DNA of 63,552 bases, the filler included, from Octopus bimaculoides (Eukaryota), in assembly GCF_001194135.2 (NCBI RefSeq). It is 4 parts of 4 records of this genome, joined end to end, with 100 filler letters (N's around TTAATTAATTAA, not from the genome) between each part and the next. Parts side by side here need not be neighbours in the genome. Positions count along the whole stretch, not along the records: positions 13,817 to 39,564 come from NC_068983.1; positions 39,665 to 61,780 come from NC_068982.1; 2 more parts are not named here. The stretch is one strand, 5' to 3'. Position 1 is the first letter of the stretch. Each line of letters begins with the position of its first letter. The notes below the pieces were generated by a model. It saw only the letters and a program-made list of their open reading frames with translations. It was not told where the DNA came from and searched no databases. Shown here in pieces: positions 37,010 to 50,822 of this stretch. A program made the translations under genes and the position numbers.

Positions 37010-37677
37010 CATGTGTGCCCCTCCGAATTAGTTGCCTCGTAACTTCCAGAAAAATGGATATGTTTCAATGGAATTTTCTGCAAATATGCTTCAGATGGTA
37101 TAGATACCGATTTTATCGGAATATGTGTTGAAAAAACAAAACAAAAAAACTCTTTGTTTCCTCATAACTTTCGGGGAAAAGGGTATTTTTAAATGACATT
37201 TTCTACAAATACCCTTTTGAGTGTGTAAATTACAATTATATCGTTATTTGATATGAGAAAGAAAATTGGTGAATACACGCACACATACATACTGAAACAC
37301 ATCACAATTGCCTTTTGAAATTTCTAGTTTCTTTGTGTAGATATATATGATGTGTCAGTATGTATGTGTACGAGTCCACCGATTTTGTTTTTCATATTAA
37401 ATTCGATATAAACGCAATCTATACTCTATGAAAGGTATTTATATAGAATTTCATTAAAAAAAAAAAATATTTATCGTTCTGAAAGTTATGAAGAAGCAAA
37501 GCTGACTCATGTGAATTTTCCGAAACTCCTCTTCCCACTCACGAAAGAATGTATTTCACTACAAGTTCCGAAATAATCGGCATCTACATAATCTAAAGCG
37601 TATTTGTTGGAAATTCCATTAAAAAATATAAACTTTTTTGGAAGTTATGAGGCAACAAAGTCGGGAGGGTACACGTG
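37010..37677. mobile_element. Foldback/MITE-like element with long imperfect TIRs (about 115 bp)
   Basis: 37010-37130 (CATGTGTGCCCCTCCGAATTAGTTGCCTCGTAACTTCCA...ATCGGAA) aligns to the reverse complement of 37565-37677. An internal CATAACTTTC / GAAAGTTATG pair is also present. No clear TSD. Confidence 0.7.
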
Positions 37678-37936
37678 AAAGTATACCAGGGAAGGATACA
37701 CTTTCTACTGCTATGTTGTTCTTGTTACTTTTTGCTTAGTATAAGCCGGCCATGATCGAATGGACGAATAATCAAAGACATCTCGTCTTTGCTTTTTGTT
37801 TTGACCTGCTATTGCGTACTACCGGATAACATTTTCCAATGTGTCTTTTATCGAGATGAAGAGGGTTTGGTTACTATATAAAGCAGATCGAACAACCACT
37901 TAGTCCTCCTTTTGGCTTGGTATATATATATATATA

Positions 37937-38152
37937 TATAAACATAATTAAGGGATCAGCAACAGTTGCTTCACCACATACCGGAGTACAGAAATAGCAG
38001 CTAAAATACTGAAACAACAGTTGCTTCAACACATACCGAAGTACAGAAATAGCAGCTAAAATGCTGAAACTGAGTTTCAGCATTTTAGCTGCTATTTCTG
38101 TACTTCGGTATGTGGTGAAGCAACTGTTGCTGATCCCTTAATTATGTTTATA
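37937..38152. repeat. Near-perfect palindrome (79-bp arms, 3-nt centre) with a 55-bp tandem duplication in the left arm
   Basis: Arms 37937-38015 and 38016-38070 against 38074-38152 give 2 and 1 mismatches respectively. The left end sits in (TA)n. Confidence 0.92.
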
Positions 38153-38278
38153 AATGTATAAGCACTTTTAAATAAGTTCTTCACCGATAATGGTGTTTAC
38201 ATACCGAAAGGCTTGGTAAAAATTATTAATTGTTAATTTATTAATAAATTAATAAATTGATAAACCTTTACCCTTTTA

Positions 38279-38322
<44 letters not shown>

Positions 38323-38333
38323 TATTGGTCGTG

Positions 38334-38580
38334 TGAAGGCACATGACTCGGCGATAAGAACGTCTAAATGAGAAGTGGAGGATGAAAATGCAGCTGCAAG
38401 GTTATGCGCTGTTTATCTTGTTATGAGATCTCTATGTCGCGTACATATGATTGATGCATATGACTGGTGTACCCTTATCAGACGAGTAGTCATGATGGGT
38501 ATACTGGGCTTCGTATATTTTACCCCAGTGTCACTCTGATGGCATGAATTGCTCTTTCACTCAATAATGACGATAATAAT
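38334..38580 (+). mobile_element. SINE-like repeat family E (second copy about 61900-62215)
   Basis: Shared GGT.ATGCGCTGTTTATC...CTGGTGTA..CTTATCAGACG...GGGTATA.TGG...TACCC..GTGTCACT.TGATG.CATGAA.TGCTCT.TCA, followed by an (AAT)-rich tail. Confidence 0.7.
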
Positions 38581-39115
38581 ATTAAAGCTACAATTTCTTC
38601 GCGAAGTGATATCTTCTTTTCCAGCCCTCTGAATAGAGCCGTTATTTAGATGGCTCTGCTACGCTTGGCCACAAAGCATTTAAAAACCTTTTTGTGTAGC
38701 TGTACCTTAATGACAGTAAATCTGGATCGGGTACGTTTCCTTTAGCAACCGTTACCAACAATGTTTCAAGCTTGTTGCATAATTGACGAGTAGATCGATC
38801 TGACCAATGAGAATCGAGTTAACTGGCGCTCTCTCAATATGATCTTTCATTCCCCAAAATATTGCCTGAGTGAGCGTAAGTACACCTCTATACATGTATG
38901 CAAATATTTTTCGTTTTCTAGCTTTAGAATTGTATTGAAGTCGTGCTGGGGCACCATTCTATTATGTGTTTGATAGATATATTAGTACATGTATTACTAT
39001 TTTATACAGACAGATAAATGTAGAAAAATAGATAAAGATATATAGAGATCGAAATAGACAAATAGACAGACAGACAGATATAGAAGTAGGTAGGTAGCTG
39101 GACAGATATATATTA

Positions 39116-39435
39116 AAGACCCTCGTCGGTCATGAATGACCGTAAGATTGCACCTAGAAAGTTCCCCTCCAAGGCACAAGTCCGGGCAAGATTGTTTATG
39201 GAAGATCTGCAGTCGACCATGCATACCAGCCTCCCCTATCCACGCTGCTGATGTTATCCAAGAGAGAGGCAAAGGCCGATATAGCTTGGCACCAGTGACG
39301 TGACAACTCATTTCAACAAGTGAGTGAACTGGAGCAACGTGAAATGAGTGTCTTGCCGAAGAACACAGCACGCAGCCCAGTCTGGGAATCGAACTCATTA
39401 CCTCACGATTGTGAGCCCAACGCTCTAATCACTGC

Positions 39436-39439
<4 letters not shown>
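39116..39439 (-). mobile_element. SINE family D, near full length
   Basis: Colinear with 28293-28627. Confidence 0.88.
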
Positions 39440-39532
<93 letters not shown>

Positions 39533-39731
39533 GTATATGTATATGTATATATGTATATATACATNNNNNNNNNNNNNNNNNNNNNNNNNNNNNNNNNNNN
39601 NNNNNNNNTTAATTAATTAANNNNNNNNNNNNNNNNNNNNNNNNNNNNNNNNNNNNNNNNNNNNTGTTGTTGTTGTTGTTGCTGTTGTTGTTGTTTTTAT
39701 TATTACTAGTCATTATTATTGTTTTTATTGT

Positions 39732-39794
<63 letters not shown>

Positions 39795-42700
39795 CAGCAG
39801 CAGCAGCAGTACTCTTTTTGCGCTTGACTATCAATCCCTAGATAGTGAACAAAAGACTTGCAAGACTGTCACTTTTGAAATTTAGAACAGACTTGAAGAG
39901 GCCTTTCTTTCTGTTTATAAATATATGAACCTAAACCGAGACATTTGTCTATGTACTTGATCGGTCTACAGCAAATATAAATATTATTGAAATCTGCATC
40001 AAATTACGCTCAAAAGATATAATCAAAAAATAAAGTAAACATCTCCTAAACGTAAACTACACAAAGGAAAACAGAGTGGACACTCACTGTTGGAAGTTCA
40101 TGACTACTTAATCAAAGATGACATCGAACTAAACACCACAGACGACAACGTATGAATAGAAAATTTGTTTAAATATATAAGATTTCCCTTTTCATTTTAT
40201 TTCACTGCCCATCATAAACTACAATGATCAAGGGTCACTATATTGTCAATATATCTGCTTTTAATTATGTTGTCCTGAATTCGATTTTAACTTGCATGTA
40301 TGATTTCCTTACTGTATAATGCTAGCATTGTTCATGTAGTGAACCAAATACATTCAAAATTTCACCCCTACCGAGGAGAAAATACAACTAAATTTGTAAT
40401 AATATCATGAGGTAAGTTCACCTGTGAAAACTAGGGATCATTGCTGGTAATGTTATCTTTTATGAAAAGCTACTGTTTGCATAAAACAGAAGCAAGAATT
40501 TCTAAATTCTACAGTAAAACCATGAAGCTTAACTAATTCCGACGATTTGCCGAACTTATTTCTCTGGCGTTTTCTTCGCGTCTTATTTACTGTTTTCTTT
40601 AGTTTCTTTGTTTTTCTGCGTTTCAGTAGCAATATTTCTATACATGAAGTATTAGTTACAGAAGAATTATTCTAACGAAGCCGCATATAATTTCGATAAG
40701 TGAAGCTGATGGTTTCAACAGCCAAAACACAAGCATATCTTTTTTTTTAATGAATTAGGCTAATACTATGTGTCCATACTATGTAAATTCTAGAAACGGT
40801 AATACTATTTTCTTTGAATGGAGGGATTAGAATTATTAAGGAGAATTTGCTGAGCAGATCTTTCTTGATTCCGACATACAGTAAGCAAGAAAATACAACA
40901 CATCACAAATGATCTCAATTTTTATTAAAATTCATTTTAATAATGTTTTGCATTAAAAATACTCTCCATTCCCTTTTGTTGCTTAAATTTGCTTATCCTA
41001 TAATATAAGTTATTTATTCGGGAAGAATAAAACGTATTGAAAGGCATATAAGGGCACATCCTCCACTTCCTTATCTAAGACAACTTACGGTTACACTACA
41101 TTTAAAATTTCAAAAGAAAATGTATTTTTTATTTTGCTGCAAAATCAGATTGTCTATATAGTCATTTACATTGTTACTGTCTTCATCATGCTACAGTTTA
41201 TTAATAATTTGCTAAGGTGGTAGGGAAAATGAACACAATATTCATTTACATTTCAATAAAATAATACTCTGCAATTTATGATCGACATTAACATGTCTGA
41301 TCAAATTCTAAATAGTTTCATACATTTTAATTTTACAATATGATATCCTAAGAAACTTATTCATTTTTAGATCACTTCCCTTACAAGTTATTCATTGTTA
41401 TGACGGTTTTTTTCCCTACTAATGGTGTTTCAGAAAAGAAATATACACAAGACTATGTTTAAGGAAGACATACTATTTAATAATAAGTTCATTTCAAGTT
41501 GTAGCAATCGTTCATCCTTGATTAGCTCTAATTTTAATTGTTAATGGTATCATTATCCACTCAATTAAGAATGCTTAATGGGCAAAAGTACATAATACTT
41601 TGCAACGCATAGAATGGATTCTGAATTAATATAGAATGTGGCAATTTTCCTTACCTTCCTGGAATGCTCCTAATAACGATTGTCGTGAAAGAAGCAAGAC
41701 AGACATATACTCTGTTTTAATGCCATTTATACGATTGCATTCTTTACTGAATTTATCATAAAAGTTACATAGAAGAATAAGTTTAATAGAAAACGTTGCA
41801 TTTGAGCCAGTTCAGTTAATAATTACTATTCTAGCTTGACAACAAATTATGTGGTGATCTGAACAAAGAATCTCTTTCGATGGATGTTTTCCAAATATGT
41901 CATTGAATTTTATTAATTACATACTTTAAATGCATTTAGTCTGGCCACAATTACAAGAAGGATTGCAATAGCAGTGACAAATAAATGTGTTAGCAGTACC
42001 AGTATCTAGAATAACGCAAACAACAACAGCAAAAGATACGATTACAGCAGCAGCAACAGTAGCAGCTTTAACTCGACTGAAAACGGCATGCCACCAACAA
42101 ACCAGGCAATAGAATACATTAAAGCTTAAAGCACGTTTACTGCCTTCTGTCTGTGTTTTACTCTTCTAGACAAACAGATACTTCTGACATCAATTGGGCT
42201 AGTGTCCTAACATATTTGGAAAATTACCAATATACCAATAGCGCTAATAGACTATATATCAGTATGAATTTGCTTTATTAATTCATTTGTTCTTCACTGC
42301 GATGTAGACTAATTATTTCCAGAAATCATGCCCTGTTGACACTTGATTTTAGATTTTGTCTTCTTTTAACCGTGTGTCAGTTCTATTCCCCAGATAAAAC
42401 AAAGATAGCGCCTTGATGTTTAGTTCAAATTATTGATAGTTAAGCAATATAGTTGTTTCCGGTTTTAATTTCCATTTCTCTTTGATATGATTAAGTATAT
42501 ATATATANNNNNNNNNNNNNNNNNNNNNNNNNNNNNNNNNNNNNNNNNNNNNNNNNNNNNNNNNNNNNNNNNNNNNNNNNNNNNNNNNNNNNNNNNNNNN
42601 NNNNNNNTATATATTAACACACACAAAAGAAGAGAGAACGAGACAGGGCGAGATACAATGAGTGCATGTGTGTGTGAGTGTAGGCATATACACACGCAAT

Positions 42701-44589
42701 TATAAACACATGTAAGAGTATGTTAATTCAAGGATATTATTTCAAGGCAAGTCGTTGTATACCTATAGAATATTTGAAACTTGCGTCATACATGTTACGA
42801 AATTCCTTTTGACTGGCACTTTAAGCCACATCCGTTGGCTTGAGCCGTTTAATCAAACTTAAACTTTGAACCAAAACAAATTTTATAATCTATAAATGCC
42901 TATGTATATCTTTATACTTTTAATGAGTTAAAAAATAAAAAGATGCTCAGAAACAGTGGCTTTATGGCAAATATTAGAATGTACATGTATATACATTACT
43001 GCTAATTTTCATCAAACACACATCGGAGTTCCAAGAATCAAGGCAACAGTAAAATGGACAGTACTTACTGGCACCAGAGGAAACAGAAGGGACTAATATA
43101 AAATAATTTACGACATATAACGAAACTAGTACAATAAATGCCGAAAGTGAAAAAGAAAACCGAAACTTTGAGAAGTCCCCTATGACCGTTTGGTTTCTAA
43201 ACAGTAAATATTATATAAAGGGTGCTACTGACAGTCATTAACATTAAGAAAATATATTAAAAGCAATGAGTTCGAATAATATTTTTTTTTACTTGTTTCA
43301 GCCATTTGACTGCGGCCATGCTGGAGCACCACCTTTAGTCGNNNNNNNNNNATATATATATATATTTATATATATAATATATATACATATACATATACAT
43401 ATTATAAATATTTTCTCTTATATAAAAACAAAATATATCTATGCTCACAGAATGTTTTGGAGATGGTTCAATAACTATGAATGCGTTCACATTTATAACA
43501 ACAATATACTGAAACATTGTGAGATATAACATATTTACAACTGAAATGTAAGACATTGTTATGTATGTATGTAGGTATGTATGTGCTAAAATTTAGAACC
43601 AATATTTAGTGGAGACTAAACACCCTTGAAATATAACTGTAGTAGCACAGATGCAACTCTTGTACCACTGAGAAATCGGAATCCTTTTCCATAAATTGAT
43701 ATGTCTATTTATATGCAGATGCATATAAATTCAGCGAATATTCGCATACAGGTATATTTATCGGGCATTACTTCACACAATAGTCAAAGTTTACCTCCTA
43801 TACTCCATATTACATAAATTTATTAAACCTATATATAGCATTGTTGAGTTCTCATTTAAATTTGTTGCTTTAAACGTATGCCCCAATATTCCTACGCTCT
43901 TACATAAATGCAATTCCATATGCACTATTCATGATTATGGACCATAGTACCAAAGAAATATTAATATAGAAACCATATGGTTCTACTAAGTATATATTTA
44001 TAATTTGATGTATCTTCTTCAATGAATATATAATGTTTATATTTTTTGTAATGATAAATTCTTCCATCTTTTTCTTCTTTCTTTTTTTTTTGACCGACCA
44101 TTATTAATTTAAAATAATAACAAATTTATTATCGAAAACAAATATATTTTACATTAAGTACACTTTGATTAAGTTTCTAAATTGCGTATTTAATTATTTT
44201 ATGAATAAGCCCTCATCTGTGTATCTGTTTTGCATATATGTGTGTCACTGCATATGTATATAGGCATATTCGTCTAGGTTTCTGCACTTATTCACATTTG
44301 TGTTTGTATTTATATCTTCATATATGTGTATGTGCGCTTGAGGTTTTATGAGTGTGTGTGTGTGTGTAAGTGAATATGTGTATACGCGTATGGGTAGTAT
44401 ATAAATGTAAATATATACATAAAGGTTCGAATGAGAGGTGTCAGGTGTAGTGGTTATTATGGCAATGTTATCAGGTTTACTCTTCTCTTTCTCCCTTTGT
44501 GCATACACACACACGCTCACAGACACAAGCACAAGCACACACACACACACACACAAGCAAACACAAGTACACACAAACACACGCACATA

Positions 44590-44612
44590 TAAGGGGAAAG
44601 ATGTTGATGAAC

Positions 44613-44662
<50 letters not shown>

Positions 44663-44722
44663 AATAATGATGATGATGTTGATGATGACGATGATGATGA
44701 TGATGATGATGTTGATGATGAC

Positions 44723-44755
<33 letters not shown>

Positions 44756-44830
44756 GTTGATGATGATGGTAGTGGTGGTGGTGATGGTGATGGTGATGAT
44801 GATGACAATGATGATAATGATGATGATGAG
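44590..44830. repeat. (GAT)n microsatellite
   Basis: Read directly; explains the poly-D/M/I/S ORFs. Confidence 0.95.
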
Positions 44831-46469
44831 CTTGATGGTGACTGTTCTGAAACTACTCATGAATCTCCATAGAATATCTTTGAGAGTTTGAAAACATGAA
44901 TGGTATAGATGCATGTAAATACTCAAGAGAATATCTGTATTTGTTTTCTGCATAACCATATTTGTATACTTACGTCTACGTGAAGGCGCAAACGATTATT
45001 CGTGTATGCTTATATGCTTATACATCTATGCTAACCCACACACAATATCAGAAAATGAGCGCCCTTCCCATACGCACACAAACACGCACATACACCCACA
45101 CTCACACAAAATATGAACTCACATTATGCAGGCTTAAATTCTAACCTATGGTTCATATATTTGACGTGACCCGATTCTCACTAAATCAAACATGTCCAAA
45201 AGTGCTAAAGATATTTAATCCAAAATACAATATTCATATTAACTCCACCTATAACACATTATTCGCCACAATCATTCGGTATAAGACACACATTTAACAC
45301 ACATATATAAGTAACACACTTATTTAAGTATGTCTACAATTATAAACTGCACCTACTGATGAAACTACTCTATCGTAAACTTCTTATTTAGTTTCTCCAC
45401 CGTTCTTACAAGGAATCTAACAAATCCCCTTCCTGTTCAAACACTATTTCTGACATATTTGTGTATTCGGATTTTAAACACAGGAGTTTTGATGAAACAT
45501 TTTGTTGGATTTACAGCCAAATTTTCTATTAAAAAAATACCACTTTTGTAGTTTTGGTGCTGTACACGTTATTCTGTTTCTTTTTAATTTTTTTCATAAC
45601 GATTTCAGCATTGTTATATATTCATAATTTCAACATAAGACATAGAATTAAAGTATATGTATATATATGAGAGGTTAAAATAAGCCATCAGTCGTCTGAA
45701 GATCGACAACAAAACAAAACGAAATAGAAAAACTACATTGCCAGTGGTATGTTTCTTATGTTTGAAGAATAGACAAGACTTTAAACGCAGACTATATTAC
45801 ATACTCCACGGTAACTTTGGCAAATAATCAATTCCATTCAGGGAATCTTTAGATTCAACTCAGTATGCTGATATTCATATATGTATGTATATGTGTATAT
45901 GCATACATAAAGATATATGTACATACATGTATTCATATTACACATATATAAGTAAGTGTGTGTGTGTACAATGTAAAAATATGTATGTGTGTATGTGTAT
46001 GTGTGTGTATGTGTGTGTGTATTTAATGGACAATATGGATTTAACTTATCCGGTAGCACTCATATAAAAAGATCTTTAATGGATCATATTACAAACCACA
46101 AAGTAAACCAAAACAAAACAAAAGGATGCAATGTATAGTCCAATGATTGTTACACTGGGATAGCATAAACTATAAAGAGAAAGAGGAGAAATAAGATGAA
46201 AAGTTTTATTTCACCAATTGACATCCGTACAACGACGATCGTTTCGCAGCGTTTATCATATAAAACCAATTTATTTTATTGCTGATTTATAAATTAATAT
46301 ATAATAAACTATTATACATGCCTATCCTAATGTATGTAATATAGATTATATAATTCAGTTGCATAACTTATAAATTAATTCATGTATAAAGACTTGCTCA
46401 TCAGGTCAATGAATATCATAGTTATTTTACTTTTCTTTCATCGCCTCACTACACACACACACACACACA

Positions 46470-46501
<32 letters not shown>

Positions 46502-47222
46502 TAAATATATAAATGCAGATATTCAAGCATTGAAATATTGATATATGGAATACAATAAGTAATAAAATTCATAAAACGGTTTATTATAGAAGGAAGGAGG
46601 GAGATTTAGCAAAATATTAAAAAGTAAAATGTGGATTATGGAGGTGGAAGAAAGTAAGATATTTGTGGAACATTTTATATTTATCGTTAATAACCTAGAA
46701 GTAAAAATAGAGAACGAAAAACGAAACTGAAGAAAGGTCTGTAGTTATTTTGTTTATGAAATAAAGAGATTCATATGAACAAGACGGGAAATAAATTGAA
46801 AGTAAAAAGAAATGAAAGTAAAAAATTATGATGAAATAAAGGAAGACAGTGCATGAGCAATATTAGGTAGTATTGCAGATGAAAGGATTGAAATATATAA
46901 ATTAAACTAGTAAAAAAATTAGTATGCATAAGGTAAGATACAAATGTAACCGTAAATATGTTATAGATATTGGGTTAAAACTTAAATGGTCATTATATTC
47001 TATATATATATTATATTATTGTATATATCTTTCCATACGCTCTCAAAAAACATATTCATTGTTACTACTTTTATTTCTCTCCTACCACTTTCTGTCTTCT
47101 GTTAACATTAAGGATGGTCAAATCCCTCAACTTAGATCCTGTATCTTAAATGATATGAAACAAGATATGCTTTATATTTACATTTACTTTTAATGGCTAT
47201 ACTTAGCTAGTTTTATCTAGTA

Positions 47223-48720
47223 CTAGCCTAAGTACCCGGCGTTGCTCGGAAGTTTAAAGAATGTTAAAGGAGTTAAATATATTCATTCTGATAAAAAAAA
47301 TATATTTTCAGAAAAATTCTATCAGACGACGTGAGTACAAACAAAGTTATTAAAATAAATCTTTAACTCAATCACAATATAATTTTGTAGAACTTCTAAC
47401 TATACGATGTGTCCTTTAATTGGGATACAAATAAAAAGAGTTTTGGGACTTCCAACTCGCGACCATCCTACGTATAATTGCCCATGAGAGAAGCGGGGAG
47501 AAGAAAGGTTAAGTTCAACAACCTTGAGAGATTACCCTTGAGATTTGTTTAACGACGTAGCAGAACTGGAGCCGTTTAAATTCAAAGGGGAGGTCAGATG
47601 GGCTTAACAGGATCTGTGGAATGACGACATCCTCACTTTTATATTTCTCAGTGATAATTGCTGCCTCTAGGATATGTGTTGCATCACTTTCACCACCAGT
47701 CTGATGCCATTGCACCGGCGAGGGGGATTCAGATTCCTGAGCTGCATGGTTAAGTGTTAAGTTGTGAGGTGGCATTCCAGATGGTTGTAGAAAGTTCAGG
47801 AACTCAGTTGGAAAAGCTACAGTTCTGATCAATGACAGTGTCGATGCATTTGAAAGACTGTTTTTGTCCTGGCAACAGCTGCAAGCGATGCCAATTGATT
47901 TTCTTGACATTATCATTACGTGGAGCTAAGATGGTTTACTCACATAACCATTGACTGTTGCTAAATTTTTGTGTAATGTTTGCAAACACATGCATTTTGA
48001 GATCATTGACACTTGGTATCAACTCACCACAAGGAGGCCATGGAAATGGCAAGCCTGTCTTGTAAGAGTCCCAGACATGGCCATTAAAAGTGTTCAGATG
48101 TAAAAAAAAACTCTTTGGACCACGGACTGTGTGCGAAAGGGGCCTCAGCAATGAATTGCTGTCTCGGCAATGAATTGCTTAGTGTAGCCAGTACTGCACT
48201 TCCCATCAACCACGCAAGGAGACGTCCTGTTGAAAGGGCCATATAGACCATACACCATCTGAGTCTTGATGACTTCAAAGAATTCGGGATCTTCTGTTGC
48301 ACCAAGAAGTTCGGTGTTAATGATGGAATCAATTTGATTTAGAAGAATTTTGTCTTTAAGCCAGATTAACATGTGGGCATGCGGCAGGCCTCATTTCTGC
48401 CATTCAACTATGTACATAGTTTTACCAAAAGTGTGATGTTTGGTAATGAATGCTACCATCTTCAACACCTTTTTCCGAAACACACGTACCAAAATGTCGT
48501 GCCTATCGTGAGAACTTTGTCCTGGTAGATGAAGGGCCTTGATTTCATCCCACTGAGTGTTGCAAGGAAAGCTCAGAAAGATATCAGGCCGCCCATATGT
48601 CCTGACATATGTCATTGCAGCCTGCGTTCTCTTGTGTATATACCAAAGGCCACCTGTGAATGTAGATTACTGAATGACCCAGGTTGCTGACATCACAATC
48701 AGCTGCAATGACATCATGTA
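47223..48720 (-). mobile_element. Helitron, internally deleted RepHel pseudogene with intact 3' terminus
   Basis: Rep: TFTGG..Y.H.RTQ.AMTYVRTYGRPDIF...YIVEWQK/RGLPHAHMLIWL (HUH). Mid-region: L.HTVRGP.SF. Pif1 helicase: FPTEFLN.LQPSGMPPHNL, FEFKRLQF, FSHGQLYVG.SRVGSP. The 3' end has the CCGAGCAACGCCGGG hairpin, then CTAG followed by T (47226-47223). Confidence 0.92.
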
Positions 48721-49576
48721 TACTAGTATGTAGCGAGTATGGCGTTGTTGTGAATATTTACCAAACTTTTATCCAGTTATAACTATGTTTATCAATAACC
48801 AACTGTTGTGTGAAAGTGTTGGTGTGAATGTGCGCGCGACAGGACCGTACACAGTAATTTTGTTTCAGAAAAGTATTTCTTACATATCTTGCTCTCAATT
48901 CATTGGATTAATCCCAACAAAATATTACAAGTTTAGATACTGGTTCAGCGCCTATATTTGTGCTCTTCATTCCAAATAATAAAAAGTTTAGCATACTTCC
49001 AAAATGAAACTTTATTGGTTTGCAATTCTCCATATGAATGATAGCAAAGTGTGTGTCAAATGAAATCAAAACCCTGGTCCAGTGACAGATGGATCAAGTT
49101 AGTAAAGTTCTAACATTTTTTGTAACAATATATTCTCTCTTCGATTTAAATATTGAAAAAAAGAGAAACTACCAACCTCACTTTAGCAAGAGAAATTAAT
49201 TTTGGTGGTAAGGACTAAACCCATAGTTTCACTATCATAACTAAAATTGTTTATCTTTACTTGAAGAAAAAAAGAAGTGGGGTCGTAGACGTATGACAGA
49301 GAATTATTCAATATCGTGTTTGTTTCTATCGCATTTGCACACATTAACACAGAAATTTTCCAGATACTTAGCAGTTATTTTTAGCAGTTCATTTTCAGTT
49401 TTAGACAACGGGATGTGATGGCGAGTTTGTGTGGATTAATTTTGGAATTCTTCATTGAAAATTTGAAATAATTTTTTTTTTCCATATTCTTAATCTCCGT
49501 ATTTTTCCACGTAAATTATAAAAAGAAGTTTGACAAAAAGTTAAAATTTTAAACTTTGGTGGGAGAAGGCGTTCGA

Positions 49577-49800
49577 CAGCTGATGACCTTGGTGAGAGAG
49601 ACAACGAAGGGAAATAATTCTCTAAATGAAGGGAAATAACCCTGAAATCCGGATACGTTCGTGCTGCTGGTCGAGGTGAGAGGGATAACTCCCTTGGCAA
49701 ACAGGACACAGTCGTGTGTCGATAAGCCAGCTGGAGGAGATGTCCTCCTGGGGCTAAAAGCAACAGTAACATCCACCCCTAGGGGTCAGCCACACTTAAG
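49577..49800 (+). mobile_element. Relative of the 3.6-kb hammerhead element: rearranged hammerhead modules plus the right inverted-repeat arm
   Basis: ATGA-AGGG(AAATAA)CCCT-GAAA-TCCGGA-TA at 49626-49655. 49707-49770 is the reverse complement homologue of 3645-3705. Confidence 0.65.
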
Positions 49801-49863
49801 TGGCAATATACTACACTTTATCGTGCAGTTACTGTTAATACTTCATTTAGAGAATTAACATTG

Positions 49864-49902
<39 letters not shown>

Positions 49903-50315
49903 NNNNNNNNNNNNNNNNNNNNNNNNNNNNNNNNNNNNNNNNNNNNNNNNNNNNNNNNNNNNNNNNNNNNNNNNNNNNNNNNNNNNNNNNNNNNNNNNNN
50001 NNNNNNNNNNNNNNNNNNNNNNNNNNNNNNNNNNNNNNNNNNNNNNNNNNNNNNNNNNNNNNNNNATAATTCTCTAAATGAAGGGAAATAACCCTGAAAT
50101 CCGGATACGTTCGTGCTGCTGGTCGAGGTGAGAGGGATAACTCCCTTGGCAAACAGGACACAGTCGTGTGTCGATAAGCCAGCTGGAGGAGATGTCCTCC
50201 TGGGGCTAAAAGCAACAGTAACATCCACCCCTAGGGGTCAGCCACACTTAAGTGGCAATATACTACACTTTATCGTGCAGTTACTGTTAATACTTCATTT
50301 AGAGAATTAACATTG

Positions 50316-50359
<44 letters not shown>

Positions 50360-50471
50360 TATACATACATGCATATCTGTATGTGTGTGTGTCTGGTCGT
50401 AGAAAGACAGATTGATAGATGTATTTGAGAGAGCAAACAAAAATATGAGACACTGCCTTGAAGAATTTTTT

Positions 50472-50822
50472 GTCGAATGAATCGACACCAGTGCCTTTTG
50501 TTTTATTTTGATAAGTCTGGTACTTATTCTATCAGTCTCTTCTTGTCAAACCAATAAATTATGGGGATTAAATAACCCAACACCGGTTGTCATGTAGTGA
50601 TGGAGGACAAACGCAGACGCCAAGACACACAGATACACTTACACATATACATATATATACGATGGATTTCTTTCAGTTTCTTTCTACCAAATCCACTCAC
50701 AAGGCTTTGGTTGGTCTGAGGTTGTAGCAGAAGAGACACGCCAAGTTACCATACAGTGAGACTGAACCCAGGACCATGTGCTTTGAAAGCAAGTTTCTTA
50801 CTACAGGCCGCACCTGTACCTA
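50472..50822 (-). mobile_element. SINE family B, diverged
   Basis: GTACTTATTCTATC.GTCTC...TTTCTTTCAGTTTC..TCTACCAAATCCACTCACAAGGCTTTGGT...GACTGAACCC.GGACCATGTG. Confidence 0.8.

Noticed and set aside
40296-40424. Strong-looking splice signals on both strands near 40.3-40.4 kb
   Set aside because: Each tested exon either hits a stop or cannot join the neighbouring candidates in phase.
44245-44959. Poly-Asp/Ser/Met/Ile ORFs (an acidic biomineral-like protein could be imagined)
   Set aside because: Open in several frames on both strands because it is a (GAT)n repeat; no signal peptide or splice support.
49616-50330. Identical approximately 250-bp direct repeat (49616-49868 / 50066-50318) that could suggest a retrozyme tandem or LTR pair
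   Set aside because: 100% identical, straddles a gap, and each copy ends in the same (TA)n. Most likely one locus assembled twice. Long reads showing both copies would revive it.
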